Below are positions 20,095 to 29,171 of a DNA stretch of 64,000 nucleotides, piece by piece. Each line of letters opens with the position of its first letter. Position 1 is the stretch's first letter. The notes under the pieces are model-generated. The model ran no database searches and was not told where the DNA came from. It saw only the letters and a list, made by a program, of their open reading frames with translations. The stretch comes from Planctomycetota bacterium (GTDB lineage: Bacteria > Planctomycetota > UBA11346): the NCBI GenBank assembly GCA_038231435.1, contig JBBRLJ010000010.1:1-64000 (forward strand). Reading direction: 5' to 3'. The position numbers were made by a program, and so were the translations under genes.

Positions 20095-20853
20095 ATGGAC
20101 GGCACCTGGTCGCTATCCCTCGCCAGGCCGCCACGGATCCTGGCGATGGATCCATCGTCGCTCCAGGGCGCCAACGGGGTGGAACGGTTTCGCATCAAGG
20201 ACATGTGGTGCCTGAACCTCTACGATGGCGATGGTCTGCTTACCATCGATGGTCGCGCGTACGCGTTCGCTCGAGGATCGGCCAGCATCACCGCGCCGGG
20301 AATCGATCACGAATACCGCTATCGTCGTCCCACCAGGATCGTGTGGACGCACTTCAGGCCGGCAGCCGAAGCCGTCGCCTCATCGATCCCGGTCATGCAG
20401 GACCTGGGTGGTGAATACCCCCGCTTCCGTGGCGCGCTGGTCCATGCGGCAGCCGAGCGCGAGCCCGGCAGGACGCAGGCCCGGGTATGGGATCTGCTTT
20501 GGGAACTGGTCGAGCGATCCGCGCCGTCGCGCCCCGCCACCGGACTGGTCGCACGCGCCCGGCAGCTGATCTCGACCCGGCTGGCCGAGCCCCTGCGCCC
20601 TGGAGCGATCGCCGCTGAGCTCGGGGTATCGCACACGCACCTGAACCGCAGGTTCCGCGCCGAGGTGGGGTGCCCCATTGGGGCCTGGATCCGTAGCCAA
20701 CGCCTGGAACGGGCCCGGCACCTCTTGCGCTTCTCGACCAAATCCATCTCCGTGATCGCGCGCGAGGTCGGAATCCCCGACATCCATTTTTTCAACAAGT
20801 CGATGCGTGGCTACGCGGGCATGCCGCCGAGGTCGGTCCGTCGCGACGGCTGA
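20095..20853 (+). CDS. AraC family transcriptional regulator, divergent from the PhyH gene
   Basis: C-terminal double HTH: IAAELGVSHTHLNRRFR, RLERARHLL, IAREVGIPDIHFFNK. Confidence 0.9.
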   Translation: MDGTWSLSLARPPRILAMDPSSLQGANGVERFRIKDMWCLNLYDGDGLLTIDGRAYAFARGSASITAPGIDHEYRYRRPTRIVWTHFRPAAEAVASSIPVMQDLGGEYPRFRGALVHAAAEREPGRTQARVWDLLWELVERSAPSRPATGLVARARQLISTRLAEPLRPGAIAAELGVSHTHLNRRFRAEVGCPIGAWIRSQRLERARHLLRFSTKSISVIAREVGIPDIHFFNKSMRGYAGMPPRSVRRDG

Positions 20854-20889
20854 ACGGGGCTGGCGATGGTCGCGCCATCGACCTCGGGG

Positions 20890-21028
20890 TCAGGCCCGCT
20901 TCTTGGCGATCTCGTCGACCACATGCTCGGCGAACGGCATCGAGCAGGTCCACGCTGGCGACAGCGCGTTGAGCACGTGCAGGGAGCGGGCGTCGCCTTC
21001 GATCAGGAAATCCATCACCAAGGTGCGC
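20890..21028 (-). pseudogene. lhgO: Orphan 3' fragment of an lhgO allele (RTLVMDFLIEGDARSLHVLNALSPAWTCSMPFAEHVVDEIAKKRA*)
   Basis: Direct translation matches the C-terminus of lhgO at 31459-32715. No start codon or upstream coding part is present. Confidence 0.9.
20902..21028. repeat. 127-bp imperfect direct repeat, copy 1 (partner 31495-31621)
   Basis: Manual alignment gave 8 mismatches in 127 bp with no gaps. Confidence 0.93.
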
Positions 21029-21081
21029 CATCGACGGTAGAGAGCGCGGGCGATCCGGATCTGTGGCCAGGCATTTTGGCC

Positions 21082-22131
21082 TTAACGAGCAGCGAGTTCC
21101 GCGATGCGTCTCGCCAGGCTTTCGAGATCCTGGGTGGGCGCGTCGCATGCATTCGCGGTACACAGATAGGCGGTCGGAGACCCGCCCGGAAGGCGCGGCA
21201 TCAACGGCATGGCGGGGAAGCGCTTGCGCAGCACCTTCGACTCGGGCCGTTCGTCGAGGATAGCGATGGCGAATCCAGGCACCACGCGGCGATGGGCCGC
21301 CGAGAGCAGCGCGGTGGTGCCCGGTTCGTCAGGTCGGCCGATGAGCGTCAGGTGGAGCACCGGCGCATCGCGTTCAGCTCGCGCGAATGCCATGGGAGAC
21401 ATGGGCGTCTCGGGAGTCCTCACAGCCGGATGATCGGAAGATTCGGCGTCGACATCTGCTGCGATGATCGCGGATGCGCGAGCCGCGTAGCCGTCGTCGT
21501 CGGTGATGCGCGCCAGGCGGATGAGATTCCATGCGGCCCACCCCGTGATGGTACGTGGAAGCTTGGAACCAGGCTCGCCATACGCTGACTGCGCGCTACG
21601 CCAGCAATCGTGATCGAGGCGATCCTGGAGCTCGGCTGCCCAAGTCAGGGCCTCGGCTTGCCCACATGCCGAGTACAGGTCGATCAATCCATGGATGAGT
21701 TCGACCTGGTCCTCGATGGTCGCGGGGATGCGCGGCGGCGAGGCGGTCTGGGACAGCCCGTGCGTCGGATCCCAGGCAGTCTCATGCAGCGATGTGAACA
21801 GGCGCTGCGCGGCAGAGCGTGATTCAGGAGCATTCGCCAGGATATGGCATGTCGCCAGTGCGCCCATGACCAGACCTCGATAGCCGGTGGTCAGCGCTGC
21901 CAGGCCATCACCATGTCCCGCGAGTTCGGCGAGCGTGTGTTCAGTGATGGCGCGCTGATCGGATTCTGGGATCCCGGTCCTGAGCACGTACTCGTGGAGG
22001 ACCATCTCGATGCGGGCCGTAGCCGTGGCACCGGCGGGTTCATCCGACGTTGCGGAGTGGATACGTGCCGTGATTCCGACAGTGAGCGTGAGGGCGCACA
22101 ACATGACGCGGATGATGCCGGACCGGATCAT
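21082..22131 (-). CDS. Secreted protein resembling the C-terminal part of YyaL/DUF255 (SPATA20-like) proteins, without the N-terminal thioredoxin domain
   Basis: Motifs EDQ..LI.GLIDLY.A.G....L.WA.ELQ..LD, A..NLIRLA.IT, TAYLC....C..PT.D. Hydrophobic N-terminus. ATGA overlap with selD. Confidence 0.65.
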   Translation of the reverse strand: MIRSGIIRVMLCALTLTVGITARIHSATSDEPAGATATARIEMVLHEYVLRTGIPESDQRAITEHTLAELAGHGDGLAALTTGYRGLVMGALATCHILANAPESRSAAQRLFTSLHETAWDPTHGLSQTASPPRIPATIEDQVELIHGLIDLYSACGQAEALTWAAELQDRLDHDCWRSAQSAYGEPGSKLPRTITGWAAWNLIRLARITDDDGYAARASAIIAADVDAESSDHPAVRTPETPMSPMAFARAERDAPVLHLTLIGRPDEPGTTALLSAAHRRVVPGFAIAILDERPESKVLRKRFPAMPLMPRLPGGSPTAYLCTANACDAPTQDLESLARRIAELAAR

Positions 22132-23174
22132 ACGAAATCGATCCCCGGCGTGCCTGGGACGACTTCGCCCACCACCACCGACGGCGTATCTCCGCCATCA
22201 CGCAGCGTGCGCACCAGGGCGTCCGCGTGCGCAGGGTCGACAGCTATCAGCAGGCCACCACTCGATTGCGGATCGAACACCGCATGCGCGAGCGACGTGC
22301 TGACGGACGGCGATACAACGGCGCGATCTCCGGCGTAGAGGCGGTTCGATGCATCGCCACGGGTCAGGCAACCCGCGGCGATCGCGTTCTCGAGCCCCGG
22401 AAGCAGGGGAAGGGCAGAAGTGTCGATGCGCATGCGCACGCCGCTGGCGGAAGCGATCTCGGCACCGTGTCCGGCGAGCGAGAAGCCCGTGATATCGGTG
22501 GCAGCCCGCACCGCGAAGCGCTGCATGCAAGCGCCGGCATGGCGGTTGAGCCGCAGCAGGCTCTCGATCAGGACGCGGTGGTCAGCGGGGTCGATCAGTC
22601 CCTTCTTGGTCGCCGTGGCCATGATGCCGGTGCCCAATGCTTTGGTCAGCACCAACGCGTCGCCGACCAGCGCGCCGGCGTTGGCGAAATACCGCTCGCC
22701 CGCGCGTATCCTGCCGGTGACCGCCAAGCCGTAGGTCATCTCGGGCGCCTTGACCGAATGGCCGCCGACGATGGGACAGCGTGCCTCGGCGCACACCCGC
22801 GCGCCGCCGGCGAGGACGGCCCTGAGGATCTCGGGTCCCAGCTGTTCGGGATAGTGCACGAGGTTCAGCGCGAACAGCGGCTCGCCGCCCATGGCGTAGA
22901 CGTCTGACAGCGCGTTCGTCGCCGCGACCGCGCCGTAGGTCTCGGGGTCGTCGACGATGGGTGTGAAGAAGTCGGTGGTCGACACCAGCAGGGTGCCGTC
23001 CTCGAGCCGGTAGATGGCAGCGTCATCGCACTGGTCGAAGCCGACGAGCACGCGTGGATCGGTCGGCCAGGCGATGCCCTGCAGCGCGGCCGACAGCATG
23101 TTCGGATTCAGCTTGGCTGCGCAGCCCGCGCAGCTGACGGTCTGGGTGAGGCGAATAGGCTCGATCGCGGTCAT
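22128..23174 (-). CDS. selD: Selenide, water dikinase (Cys form)
   Basis: RLTQTVSCAGCAAKL, DDAAIY, TTDFFTPIVDDP..YG.VAA.NALSDVYAMGG, GGHS, LTKALGTG, TDITGF.L.GH..E, DPQSSGGLL. Confidence 0.96.
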   Translation of the reverse strand: MTAIEPIRLTQTVSCAGCAAKLNPNMLSAALQGIAWPTDPRVLVGFDQCDDAAIYRLEDGTLLVSTTDFFTPIVDDPETYGAVAATNALSDVYAMGGEPLFALNLVHYPEQLGPEILRAVLAGGARVCAEARCPIVGGHSVKAPEMTYGLAVTGRIRAGERYFANAGALVGDALVLTKALGTGIMATATKKGLIDPADHRVLIESLLRLNRHAGACMQRFAVRAATDITGFSLAGHGAEIASASGVRMRIDTSALPLLPGLENAIAAGCLTRGDASNRLYAGDRAVVSPSVSTSLAHAVFDPQSSGGLLIAVDPAHADALVRTLRDGGDTPSVVVGEVVPGTPGIDFV

Positions 23175-23277
23175 CGTGTTCCTCGCGGGGTGCGCTCGGT
23201 TCCTGTCATCGACTCCCCGCCGTCCGGCCTTTTCTAGGCTGTGCAGCGCTGTGTCGGGCGGAATTCCCAGCAGAGAG

Positions 23278-23371
23278 TGGCGGGACGGTGTCGGAGTCGA
23301 ACCCACCTGGGATGTTTCCACCCCACCGAGGCTTTGAAGGCCTGGGACCGCACCGGCGGCCATACCATCCC
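23278..23371 (-). tRNA. selC: tRNA-Sec (UCA)
   Basis: 94 nt. 8-bp acceptor stem GGGAUGGU/ACCGUCCC, 6-bp D stem with 4-nt loop, anticodon loop CUUCAAA, long variable arm, G73 plus encoded CCA. Lies between selB and selD. Confidence 0.96.
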
Positions 23372-23415
23372 ACCGACGTTCTAGAGCCCAGCGATCTGGC
23401 TTCCATCGCAATCCG

Positions 23416-25392
23416 CTAGGCAAAGAGTGGAATCGGCAGGTTTCGCGCCATGCCGGCCACGCGGTGATCCCCGACGCGCTTCGTGACTCCGATCGAGTCG
23501 AGCCATTCGAGTAGCGGCACCGCATCGCGTCGCGACAGGCCGTGCACCGCCTTCATCCATGCGATGTCGATCGTTCCACCTTCGGTGGTGGACGTGACAG
23601 CCGCGCGCACCAGGTCCTCGCCATGCCGACGATGCAAGTGCAGTCTGTCGTTGAGTCGCAGGAGCTGACCGCGCTCGCGCAAGGCGATGAGGGCATCTGC
23701 CGCGCGCTGGGGATCGGAGCAGGCGGCCACGCACGGATGGTCGTAGGGCGGATGGAGTCCGGCGCGATCGAAGGCGCGCAGCAATTCCGCCGCCGACGTC
23801 TCCAGGCGTTTGGCGAGGGGGGTGACCGACGCTGGCGAGGTGACGACGTCTCCGCGCCTGAGTAGGTCGCCGCACTCGACCAACGAAATGATGGCTTCAT
23901 CCCACCAGTTTCGCGCAAGCGCTGGAGCGATCGCGATGTGCAGGTCGCCAACTCCATGCCAGCAGCGGTCGGGATCGGCGCTCAGCCGGTCGGCCAGGCC
24001 TTCGCTGATCATCGTCCGCAGCTTCGTCCAGCCGGCGCTACTGCACACCAGGCGTTCCTGACCGACCTGGCGGATGACCACGCGATTCCCGGACGCATGC
24101 AGCATGTCCTCGGCCGGTCCAGGACCACCGGCCCATGCCGCCAGCGCGGACATGGTCATCGCCTGGGGATGGATGGAATCCAGGTGCGAGAGCAGGCGCT
24201 CGGCGCCACCCCCGAGACGCGAGGCGAAATGCGCCGTGGCTTCAGGTGAGAAACGGCGGTGGCGAGGCGGAGCGGCATCGACCACGCAGCCGCCGGCGAG
24301 GGTGGCGGCCGGGCTCGGACGGCGCAACACCACGAGGTCACCCGCAGAGAGGTGAAGTGGCGCCTCGAGCCGCAGCTGCGCGTCGTGCTCGCCCGCCTCC
24401 GCGTGGTCGACGTGCAAGAGATGCACGCGTGCCGGTACCGAGTCGGTGCCGTGATGCACCGTCACGCGCTCGCGGTGCGTGAGGCCGGTCGCCAGGGTGG
24501 TCAGGCGCACGTCCGCGACGAGCGTGGCCGCGAGTGCTCTGGGCGTCGCGAGCCAGGCGCCCCTGCGCACCTGGTCGTGATCGATGCCGGCGAGATTGAC
24601 GGCGGTACGTTGACCGGCCAAGGCGGTCGAGACGCCGCTCCCATCGACCTGCAGCGAACGCACGCGCACCACGCCGCCTGGATAGAGCTGCAGCTCGTCT
24701 CCAACCGCGATGGTGCCGCTGCGCAGCGTGCCGGTGACGACCGTGCCATGACCAGAAATCGTGAACACGCGGTCGATCGCGAGCCGCGCATGTTCGCCCG
24801 CTCCTGAGTGGCGCGCCGTGCGTGCGCGTTCGAGCAGCCAGGCGCGCAGGTCGTCGATGCCGGCCCCTGTCTTCGCGCTGACCGCGAGGGGGGGATGTTC
24901 TGCGAAGGGGGTGCCGGCGACGAGTGACGAGGCCAGATCGCGCGCGCGCGCGAGGCCCGCAGCGTCGACGGCGTCCGCCTTGCTCAGCACCACGCGGCCC
25001 CAACGCAGGCGCAGCAAGGTGAGGATGTCGAGATGCTCGCGGGTCTGCTGGCGCGGCCCTTCGTCAGCTGCGATGACCAGGACGCAGCCATCGACGGCGC
25101 CCACGCCCGAGACCAGGTGATGGACGAAGCGTTCATGCCCGGGGCAGTCGATGAAAGCGAGGTCGATTCCGGCGGCGCCCCCGTGCATGAACGCGAAGCC
25201 GAGCTCGATCGTCATGCCCCTGGCCTTCTCCTCCGGGAGACGGTCCGGGTCTGTTCCGGTGAGCGCTCGTACCAACGAGCTCTTGCCATGATCGACGTGT
25301 CCGGCGGTGGCGATGGTCACCTGCGGTGGGGCCGTGCGTCGCGTTCCTGCCGTTGCCGCCGACGCTCCGTGCGCTCCCTTTGCAGGAGACAC
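23416..25392 (-). CDS. selB: Selenocysteine-specific elongation factor
   Basis: TAGHVDHGKS, DRLPEEKARGMTIELGFA, DCPGHERF, DRVFTI.G.GTVVTGT, and C-terminal winged helix GLSRR.AVPLLEWLD...TKRVGD.R. GTG start inferred. Confidence 0.96.
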   Translation of the reverse strand: MSPAKGAHGASAATAGTRRTAPPQVTIATAGHVDHGKSSLVRALTGTDPDRLPEEKARGMTIELGFAFMHGGAAGIDLAFIDCPGHERFVHHLVSGVGAVDGCVLVIAADEGPRQQTREHLDILTLLRLRWGRVVLSKADAVDAAGLARARDLASSLVAGTPFAEHPPLAVSAKTGAGIDDLRAWLLERARTARHSGAGEHARLAIDRVFTISGHGTVVTGTLRSGTIAVGDELQLYPGGVVRVRSLQVDGSGVSTALAGQRTAVNLAGIDHDQVRRGAWLATPRALAATLVADVRLTTLATGLTHRERVTVHHGTDSVPARVHLLHVDHAEAGEHDAQLRLEAPLHLSAGDLVVLRRPSPAATLAGGCVVDAAPPRHRRFSPEATAHFASRLGGGAERLLSHLDSIHPQAMTMSALAAWAGGPGPAEDMLHASGNRVVIRQVGQERLVCSSAGWTKLRTMISEGLADRLSADPDRCWHGVGDLHIAIAPALARNWWDEAIISLVECGDLLRRGDVVTSPASVTPLAKRLETSAAELLRAFDRAGLHPPYDHPCVAACSDPQRAADALIALRERGQLLRLNDRLHLHRRHGEDLVRAAVTSTTEGGTIDIAWMKAVHGLSRRDAVPLLEWLDSIGVTKRVGDHRVAGMARNLPIPLFA

Positions 25393-25393
25393 C

Positions 25394-26842
25394 TCAGGCT
25401 CCTCGGTCGGTAGCCGCGTCGCGCGCGCTCGCCACGATCGCGGCCGCGAGCGCGCTGATTTCGCTTTCAGCAACGGTCCGCAAGTCGATCTGCACGACGT
25501 CCTTGGCGATGCGGGCCACCACATGCCGCCTACGCAGCGCCCGTGACAACCGGGTCGCTGACACCTGGCGCAGTACGATCAGCCAGGTCAGCGGGCCCTG
25601 GGTCGGAGCCGCGCCAGATCCGACGGCGCCTCGGCCTTCTGCGAGCTCGGCCTCCAACGAGGTCTGTGAGCCCTCGGCCCGTATGGAGGAAAGCCCAAGG
25701 GATCCCATGGCCGCGAGCAGGCGTTCAGCGCGCGCGCGCACGGAAGCGAGCGGCTCGGTGAGCATCGCGATCGTGGGAATGGCAGTGAAGGCGTCGCCGA
25801 GCAGGTAGTCCTGGAGTGTGCCCGCCAAGGCCGCGAGCGTGAGCTTGTCCGCGCGCAGAGCGCGCGCGAGCGGATGGCGCTTGCAGCGCGCGATCAGGTC
25901 GCGTTTGCCGATGAGGATGCCGGCCTGGGGTCCGCCGAGCAGCTTGTCACCGGAGAACGAGACGAGATCCGCGCCTGCGGCGAGTTCATCGCCCACGCGT
26001 GGCGCGACGATGCCCGTGGGCCCGAGATCGACGATGCAGCCGGATCCTTGGTCGACCACCACCGGCAGCTTGTGACGTGAGCCGAGGGCGGCGAGCTCCG
26101 CGGTGGAGACTTCGGCGACGAAGCCCTCTTGGACGAAGTTCGATTTGTGAACCTTCATCAGCAGCGCGGTCTGGGGCGTGATTGCGCGCTCGTAATCCTC
26201 GATGCGCGTCTTGTTGGTGGATCCGACCTCGATCAGCCGGCAGCCCGCGGCCGCCATGATCTCGGGCACGCGGAACGAACCGCCTATCTCGACCAGTTCG
26301 CCGCGGCTGACGATGACCTCACGGCCCTGGGCCAGGGCCTGCAATGCCAGCACCACCGCGCCGGCGCAGTTGTTCACCGCCAATGCCACTTCGGCGCCGG
26401 TGAGCCGGCGCAACAGGGGTTCGACATGCATCTGCCGATCGCCTCGCTCGCCGCTGTCGAGATCGTGCTCGAGCTGGCAATACCCATGAGCGATGCGCTC
26501 GACCGCGGCTTGCGCGCGAGCGCTGAGCGCGGCGCGGCCGAGACCCGTATGGAGCACCGTGCCGGTGGCGTTGATCAGCCGAGGTAGCGGTGGAGCAGCG
26601 AGCGCTCGCGCCGCGGCGCGAGCTCGATCGAGCACCATGGCGCGCAGGGCATCCTTGTCCGACGTGTCCGGGCCCGTCCCAGCCGCGGTCGCATGCTTCG
26701 CTTGGACGGACAGCGTGGCTCGCATGGCGTCGATGGCTTCGCGAGCCAACGCCGCTGCGGTCGTCGCGGGCAGGCCATCGTGGCGGAGGTCGCCGGCGAT
26801 GGCCTCGACCGCCGGCAGCAGGCGAAGCGCGTCGATCGTCAT
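25394..26842 (-). CDS. selA: L-seryl-tRNA(Sec) selenium transferase
   Basis: INATGTVLHTGLGRA, VNNCAGA, SRGELVEIGGSFRVP, EVGSTNKT, FSGDKLLGGPQAG (PLP lysine), RALRADK. Confidence 0.97.
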   Translation of the reverse strand: MTIDALRLLPAVEAIAGDLRHDGLPATTAAALAREAIDAMRATLSVQAKHATAAGTGPDTSDKDALRAMVLDRARAAARALAAPPLPRLINATGTVLHTGLGRAALSARAQAAVERIAHGYCQLEHDLDSGERGDRQMHVEPLLRRLTGAEVALAVNNCAGAVVLALQALAQGREVIVSRGELVEIGGSFRVPEIMAAAGCRLIEVGSTNKTRIEDYERAITPQTALLMKVHKSNFVQEGFVAEVSTAELAALGSRHKLPVVVDQGSGCIVDLGPTGIVAPRVGDELAAGADLVSFSGDKLLGGPQAGILIGKRDLIARCKRHPLARALRADKLTLAALAGTLQDYLLGDAFTAIPTIAMLTEPLASVRARAERLLAAMGSLGLSSIRAEGSQTSLEAELAEGRGAVGSGAAPTQGPLTWLIVLRQVSATRLSRALRRRHVVARIAKDVVQIDLRTVAESEISALAAAIVASARDAATDRGA

Positions 26843-26902
26843 GCCGGACGATGCGCTGCGGCTGACGCGGTGCAACCCTGCCAGCAGCCGATCAGGCGGG
26901 GG

Positions 26903-27835
26903 TCACTTGATCGAGGCAGCCTTCTGGCCGTAGACCGTGGAGGGGAACTTCTTGGCCAACGTCGCCATGTTCTCCTTGCCAGATTTGATGCTGTCGGGCT
27001 TGGGCGAGGCGAGCAGCTGCTGGCACTGCTGATAGATGTCGCGCGCCTTGAGTTCGTCCTTGAGCTCCTTCGCAGCCTTGAGCTCCTTCAGTCGCGCCAA
27101 GGCCTTCTTGGTGTCGAGTCCCTCGGACGCGGTCAGGAAGGCCTCGATCGCCTCGTAGGTCTCCATGGTTGCCGGAGCGCCGACCAGGTCATCTTGGCGC
27201 TTGCTCGTGGCGGCTTTCACCGCGTCGAGGATGCGCACCGCATCGGCCTGCGCCGGCGACTTCTTGCCAGCGACCGACTGCAGATTCTTGATCGCCCCGG
27301 GATACCCGCGCTCGACGCTCCACCACAGCTCCTTGATCTTCGGTTCGGTGAGACCTTCGATGGGATAATGGAAGCTGCCAGCCGCGGTGCCTTTGAGTGA
27401 CTTCAGCGTCTGGAGACCTTCGAAGTAGCCCACGCTCCCATCCGGATGCAGCATGTCGGTCTGGAGGATGTTGTTGAGGCTGATGTTCTTGCGATTGCGC
27501 GGGTCGTTGGCCCAGAGCGCATGCTCCAAACCGTAATTGTTGTCCTTATCGAAGGTCTTGAGTTCTTCCGCCGAGAGCTCGGGCGTGATCAGCACGAGCG
27601 TGACGGGGACCTTCTCGGTCTCGATGTAATCATGGATCGCCTTGGCTTCCTTCCCGAGGAAAGCTCTAGCGGATGGTCAATGCGCGCAGAAATCGACGAG
27701 CACCACGTTCTGGCCGTGGAATTGCTCGGCGCTGCGGCTCTTGCCGTCGGCGAACTGCAGGCCCTCGAGAGGATCCTGGGCGGCGAGCGCGGCTACGAAG
27801 ACCAGCGCGGCGGCGATGCGCAAGTGGGAATGCAT
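26903..27835 (-). CDS. Predicted selenoprotein (310 aa, Sec53): signal peptide + redoxin/thioredoxin-like domain + helical C-terminal domain
   Basis: ATG at 27835 with a GGAG RBS. MHSHLRIAAALVFVAALAAQD..FADGKSRSAEQFHGQNVVLVDFCAH-TGA(27679-27677)-PSARAF continues in frame into the 230-aa ORF at 27595. A hairpin follows the TGA, and the gene is directly upstream of selA. Confidence 0.85.
27638..27676 (-). promoter_or_regulatory. Candidate bacterial SECIS element
   Basis: After the UGA: lower stem CGCU/GGCG, upper stem GCUUUCCU/AGGAAGC (one bulged U), apical loop CGGGA about 20 nt downstream of the UGA. Confidence 0.6.
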
Positions 27836-27985
27836 GGGGAACTCCGATCGGTGGCTGGATGCGATCCAGCGGGCAGGACAGGAGCATCATGTCCATGGTG
27901 AATGGCGGTCAATGACCCTTAGTTAGAACCCGTTTCGGGAGCCGCTGCCTCGAATTCCTCACCCACCCGTCATAAGGCCACGCAA

Positions 27986-29170
27986 TCACATGAAGTTGGC
28001 GGTGTGCAGGTCCGAGATTTCCGCTGCCTCTTCGGTTCCAAAACCGAGTTGCCCCAGCCGGGTGCGGCGGTTTGCGTCCATCTCGGCGCGCAGCGCCTGC
28101 ACGCTATCGAACCCATTGCCGATCGCCTGCGGCGTCAGGTCGGTGGCGGCGAGGACGACCAGGGCGTCGAGCACCAGCGCATTCAGGTCGGCGGAGTTGC
28201 GCAGCGCGTCGGCACGGCGTCTGACCACCATCGCCAGCCGCGATCGTTGGCTCGGATCCAGATCGAGGTGGCGCCGCAGATGAGCGATCCCGAACGCGAC
28301 ATGTCGGCTCTCGTCCTGCACCACCAAGCGCATGATCGACCTGGTCAGCGGATCGGGTGCGTGCCGTTCGATGAAGGCCAGCAGGGTCAGGAAGGTGCCT
28401 TCGCCCATCACCGCGAGCATGAAGGATGCGAGCGTGAAATCCGGCTCGTCGAGCAGGGACTTCAGCGAACGTTGTCCGAGGACGGTTGAACGACCCACGC
28501 CGGCCGCGGTCAGCGCGAGCCTGCGGGTGAAGACCTCGCAGTGGCGCGCTTCGTCAGCGGCTTGGATCGCCAACACCTGCATGATCTCGCGGAAATGGGG
28601 ATGGACCTGTGCGAGGAAGCGCGCGGTCACCAGCAGCGCCGCGTTTTCGTTCTCGATCAGGAACGTCAGGATCTGCGCGATCGCGGCGTCCAATGCCGGG
28701 GCGACGCACGGCGGCGTCCAATCGATCGCGCGTTCGGGATCCCACTGGGCGGCGGCGGCCTGCGCGTACAGGCGGGGAGCCTCGTCGCACCATACCGTGT
28801 CGCGCTCCGAGAGCGTGAATTGGAAATCCGGTCCACCACGTTCAACCATGGCGCCGCGTGCGGCGAGGCCCCAGTGACCCGATGCATGACCCGCCATGGA
28901 AAGCGGTTTCGTGCTGTCGCCGGCGCGCGCGGTATCCGACCAGCGCTCATCTGCCAAGCCGCGCACGATGCGCCCGGTTGCCAGGGAGCCCGCCTCGGCA
29001 GGGAGGAAGCCATGGCCCATCTGGCGGCACCACGTCGCCAGATGCAGGCCGAGGTCGGAGGCCGAGCCTCGCACCGCGAGTGCGGCGCCCACCGGTACGG
29101 TGGCGAGGGCGCGATCGATCAGGAGATGAGCGCCACGATCGAGGCCGAGGCCCTCGAGATCGAGCGCCAC
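27986..29170 (-). CDS. Ferritin-like di-iron protein with an N-terminal TusA/SirA-like domain
   Basis: N-terminus LDLEGL..RAL..VPVG..L.V......L..WCRQMGH; di-iron ligands ENE, DEARH, GEG, DESRH. GTG start just after the upstream stop (alternative ATG 29230). Confidence 0.75.
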   Translation of the reverse strand: MALDLEGLGLDRGAHLLIDRALATVPVGAALAVRGSASDLGLHLATWCRQMGHGFLPAEAGSLATGRIVRGLADERWSDTARAGDSTKPLSMAGHASGHWGLAARGAMVERGGPDFQFTLSERDTVWCDEAPRLYAQAAAAQWDPERAIDWTPPCVAPALDAAIAQILTFLIENENAALLVTARFLAQVHPHFREIMQVLAIQAADEARHCEVFTRRLALTAAGVGRSTVLGQRSLKSLLDEPDFTLASFMLAVMGEGTFLTLLAFIERHAPDPLTRSIMRLVVQDESRHVAFGIAHLRRHLDLDPSQRSRLAMVVRRRADALRNSADLNALVLDALVVLAATDLTPQAIGNGFDSVQALRAEMDANRRTRLGQLGFGTEEAAEISDLHTANFM

Positions 29171-29171
29171 C

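Noticed and set aside
23110..23140. SelD as a selenoprotein
   Set aside because: The active-site region reads agc tgc gcg ggc tgc gca gcc aag (SCAGCAAK): Cys codons, no TGA.
23175..23525. N-terminal extension of the selD ORF in the track
   Set aside because: It overlaps tRNA-Sec and the end of selB. SelD homology starts at 23174.
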